A stretch of 12,670 nucleotides of DNA from Nitrososphaerota archaeon. Lineage in GTDB: Archaea > Thermoproteota > Nitrososphaeria_A > Caldarchaeales > Calditenuaceae. The notes beneath the pieces are model-generated. The model ran no database searches, was not told the origin of the DNA, and saw only the letters and a list, made by a program, of their open reading frames with translations. Where the stretch lies: the NCBI GenBank assembly GCA_038741355.1, contig JAVYLC010000017.1:1-12670 (forward strand). Reading direction: 5' to 3'. Below, piece after piece: positions 11,477 through 12,670 of this stretch (position 1 is the first letter of the stretch; every line of letters begins with the position of its first letter). Made by a program: the position numbers and the translations under genes.

Positions 11477-12670
11477 GTGCCAAGTGTCAATAGAATCCCC
11501 GTCATCGGATTGTTTGGGGCGGTGCTGCTAGCTGTTGCGATGGCTCTGCCCGCGGCTTATGCGCAGGCCTACAACATCACGGTCGAGGATGCTAGGATAA
11601 AGGTTAGGCTCACATACCCCCCTGAAGTCGAGATAGGCTCCTGCTTCAACGTCCAGATAGAGGTCACAGCCCTCTCAGCCCTAAACAGCCTCAACCTCAC
11701 CCTCAAGATAGTCTACTTCTACGACAGCCAGAGCCAAACCCTCTACAATCAAGTATTGATAAACGATGTGGACGTGTCGGCGCCTAGTGTCGTATTATTC
11801 AAGAACATAGGCCTCTGTATACCAACACAAGTTGCTGTAGACCCTTGGCTCGAGGCGAGAATAACTTTCAGCTACTTCACAGACAGCACACCAGTCGAGA
11901 TAACGAACACACTCTACATGAGCACCGTAAGGCAGATATCCTATGAGCGTCTGTCCGCCAGGCTTGCAGACGCGAACCAAGAGATCTCAAGGCTTAGGTC
12001 AGAAGTGGCGGACCTGAGGGCTAAGCTTGAGGATGCTGCCGCGAGGGAAGAGGCCTTAAAGGCGAAGATCGAGGAGCTGACCCGGATTAAGGAGGATTTG
12101 GAGAATAGGCTGGCCGAGCTCCGGGCGACTATGGATGGGTTGGAGAAACAGCTATCAGATCTCTCTAGCAAGTATAACCAGCTGCTGGTCGACAACTCCG
12201 CTCTACAGGAGCGGCACAAGACCCTGATGGACAACTACGCGGTTCTCCAGAAGAGCTATGAGGAGTTGAGGAGGGACTACGAGGCGGTCTTAAGAGACCT
12301 ATCATCGACGAGGAGCCTCTACAGTGAGTTGCAGTCTAGGCATGAGTCATTGAGGGTTTCGTACGAGGGTGCGGTCAAGACTTTGGGTCAGTTGGAGGGG
12401 TCTTTAAGAGAGCTTGAGAGGCAGCGCGAGGTTCTCGAGGCGATGCTGGCTCAGGCCTCTGGGGAGAGCGGCTTCTTCAAGAACGTCGCGGTAGGACAGG
12501 GTGTCGGGCTTGTCGCTCTGGGTGGTGGCGTCGCCGCCTGGGTGTTTATGAGAAGGAGGGGTAAGACCGCTGCAGCAGGAGGCCAAGCCACCCCCACGGC
12601 TCCCTCACCCACACCACCCCCAGCTAGCCCACCCACCAACCAGCCTCCCTCAACCACACCCAACCCCAGC
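11477..12670 (+). CDS. Secreted/type I membrane protein: signal peptide, beta-rich domain, about 180-aa coiled coil, TM helix, Pro/Thr/Ser-rich tail (3' end off-window)
   Basis: This ORF is not in the supplied track. Frame 2 is open for 398 codons from the GTG at 11477 to the window end; the in-frame stop upstream is at 11444-11446.

My translation:
- (M)PSVNRIPVIGLFGAVLLAVAMALPAAYAQAYN (signal peptide)
- IKVRLTYPPEVEIGSCFNVQIEV...
- heptad-like ERLSARLADANQEISRLRSEVADLRAKLEDAAAREEALKAKIEELTRIKEDLENRL...LRELERQREVLEAML
- GVGLVALGGGVAAWVF MRRRGK (TM helix + basic stop-transfer)
- TPTAPSPTPPPASPPTNQPPSTTPNPS. Confidence 0.75.
   Translation, partial: MPSVNRIPVIGLFGAVLLAVAMALPAAYAQAYNITVEDARIKVRLTYPPEVEIGSCFNVQIEVTALSALNSLNLTLKIVYFYDSQSQTLYNQVLINDVDVSAPSVVLFKNIGLCIPTQVAVDPWLEARITFSYFTDSTPVEITNTLYMSTVRQISYERLSARLADANQEISRLRSEVADLRAKLEDAAAREEALKAKIEELTRIKEDLENRLAELRATMDGLEKQLSDLSSKYNQLLVDNSALQERHKTLMDNYAVLQKSYEELRRDYEAVLRDLSSTRSLYSELQSRHESLRVSYEGAVKTLGQLEGSLRELERQREVLEAMLAQASGESGFFKNVAVGQGVGLVALGGGVAAWVFMRRRGKTAAAGGQATPTAPSPTPPPASPPTNQPPSTTPNPS

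Noticed and set aside
11795-12663. Minus-strand ORFs 11795-11980, 11941-12234, 12404-12586 and 12451-12663
   Set aside because: They are shadows of the 398-codon + strand ORF, which has a coherent signal peptide / coiled coil / TM architecture. The antisense of a coiled-coil gene typically stays open and Ser/Leu/Ala-rich.
1-12670. CRISPR arrays, rRNA genes, and classical defence or toxin-antitoxin gene pairs
   Set aside because: I saw no regularly spaced direct repeats of 24-40 nt, no rRNA-like segments, and no small adjacent ORF pairs or nuclease/ATPase defence signatures on either strand.

Overview
The window looks like chromosome from a hyperthermophilic crenarchaeote. It carries aTrm56 and TFE genes, AT-rich TATA-like boxes about 25-30 nt upstream of start codons (leaderless style), many GTG/TTG starts, and a tRNA without encoded CCA.

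Left part: the 3' end of an MFS-type transporter gene (2-487) is followed by a block of lower G+C (about 493-5310). This block holds a CUT2-type sugar ABC transporter: binding protein 563-1708, permease 1745-2743, and a convergent single-domain ATPase 2744-3475. It then holds the most unusual locus in the window:
- a non-coding domain of about 420 nt and about 69% G+C (3735-4152)
- an IS110-like (DEDD + Tnp) recombinase ORF (4201/4408-5058), whose N-terminal catalytic motif lies upstream of any canonical start codon
- starting at the stop codon, a three-way-junction RNA of about 150 nt closed by a 22-bp helix (5058-5211)

The block ends at the 3' end of tRNA-Val(UAC) (5311-5384, minus strand). 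A degenerate copy of the tRNA 3' end sits at the opposite edge (493-513), and an orphan tRNA-Val 5'-half fragment lies just upstream of the tRNA (5431-5468).

Right part (about 60-65% G+C) is mostly housekeeping: aTrm56, TFE, an ABC ATPase-like protein with every catalytic motif substituted plus its membrane partner, sucD without sucC, and a divergent class V aminotransferase / 2-hydroxyacid dehydrogenase pair. It ends with a long ORF missing from the supplied track (11477 to the window end) encoding a signal peptide, coiled coil, TM helix and Pro/Thr tail.

I found no CRISPR array, no rRNA and no recognisable defence genes. The main candidate for something undescribed is the recombinase-plus-structured-RNA module next to tRNA-Val. 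All RNA and mobile-element calls are hand-derived hypotheses.
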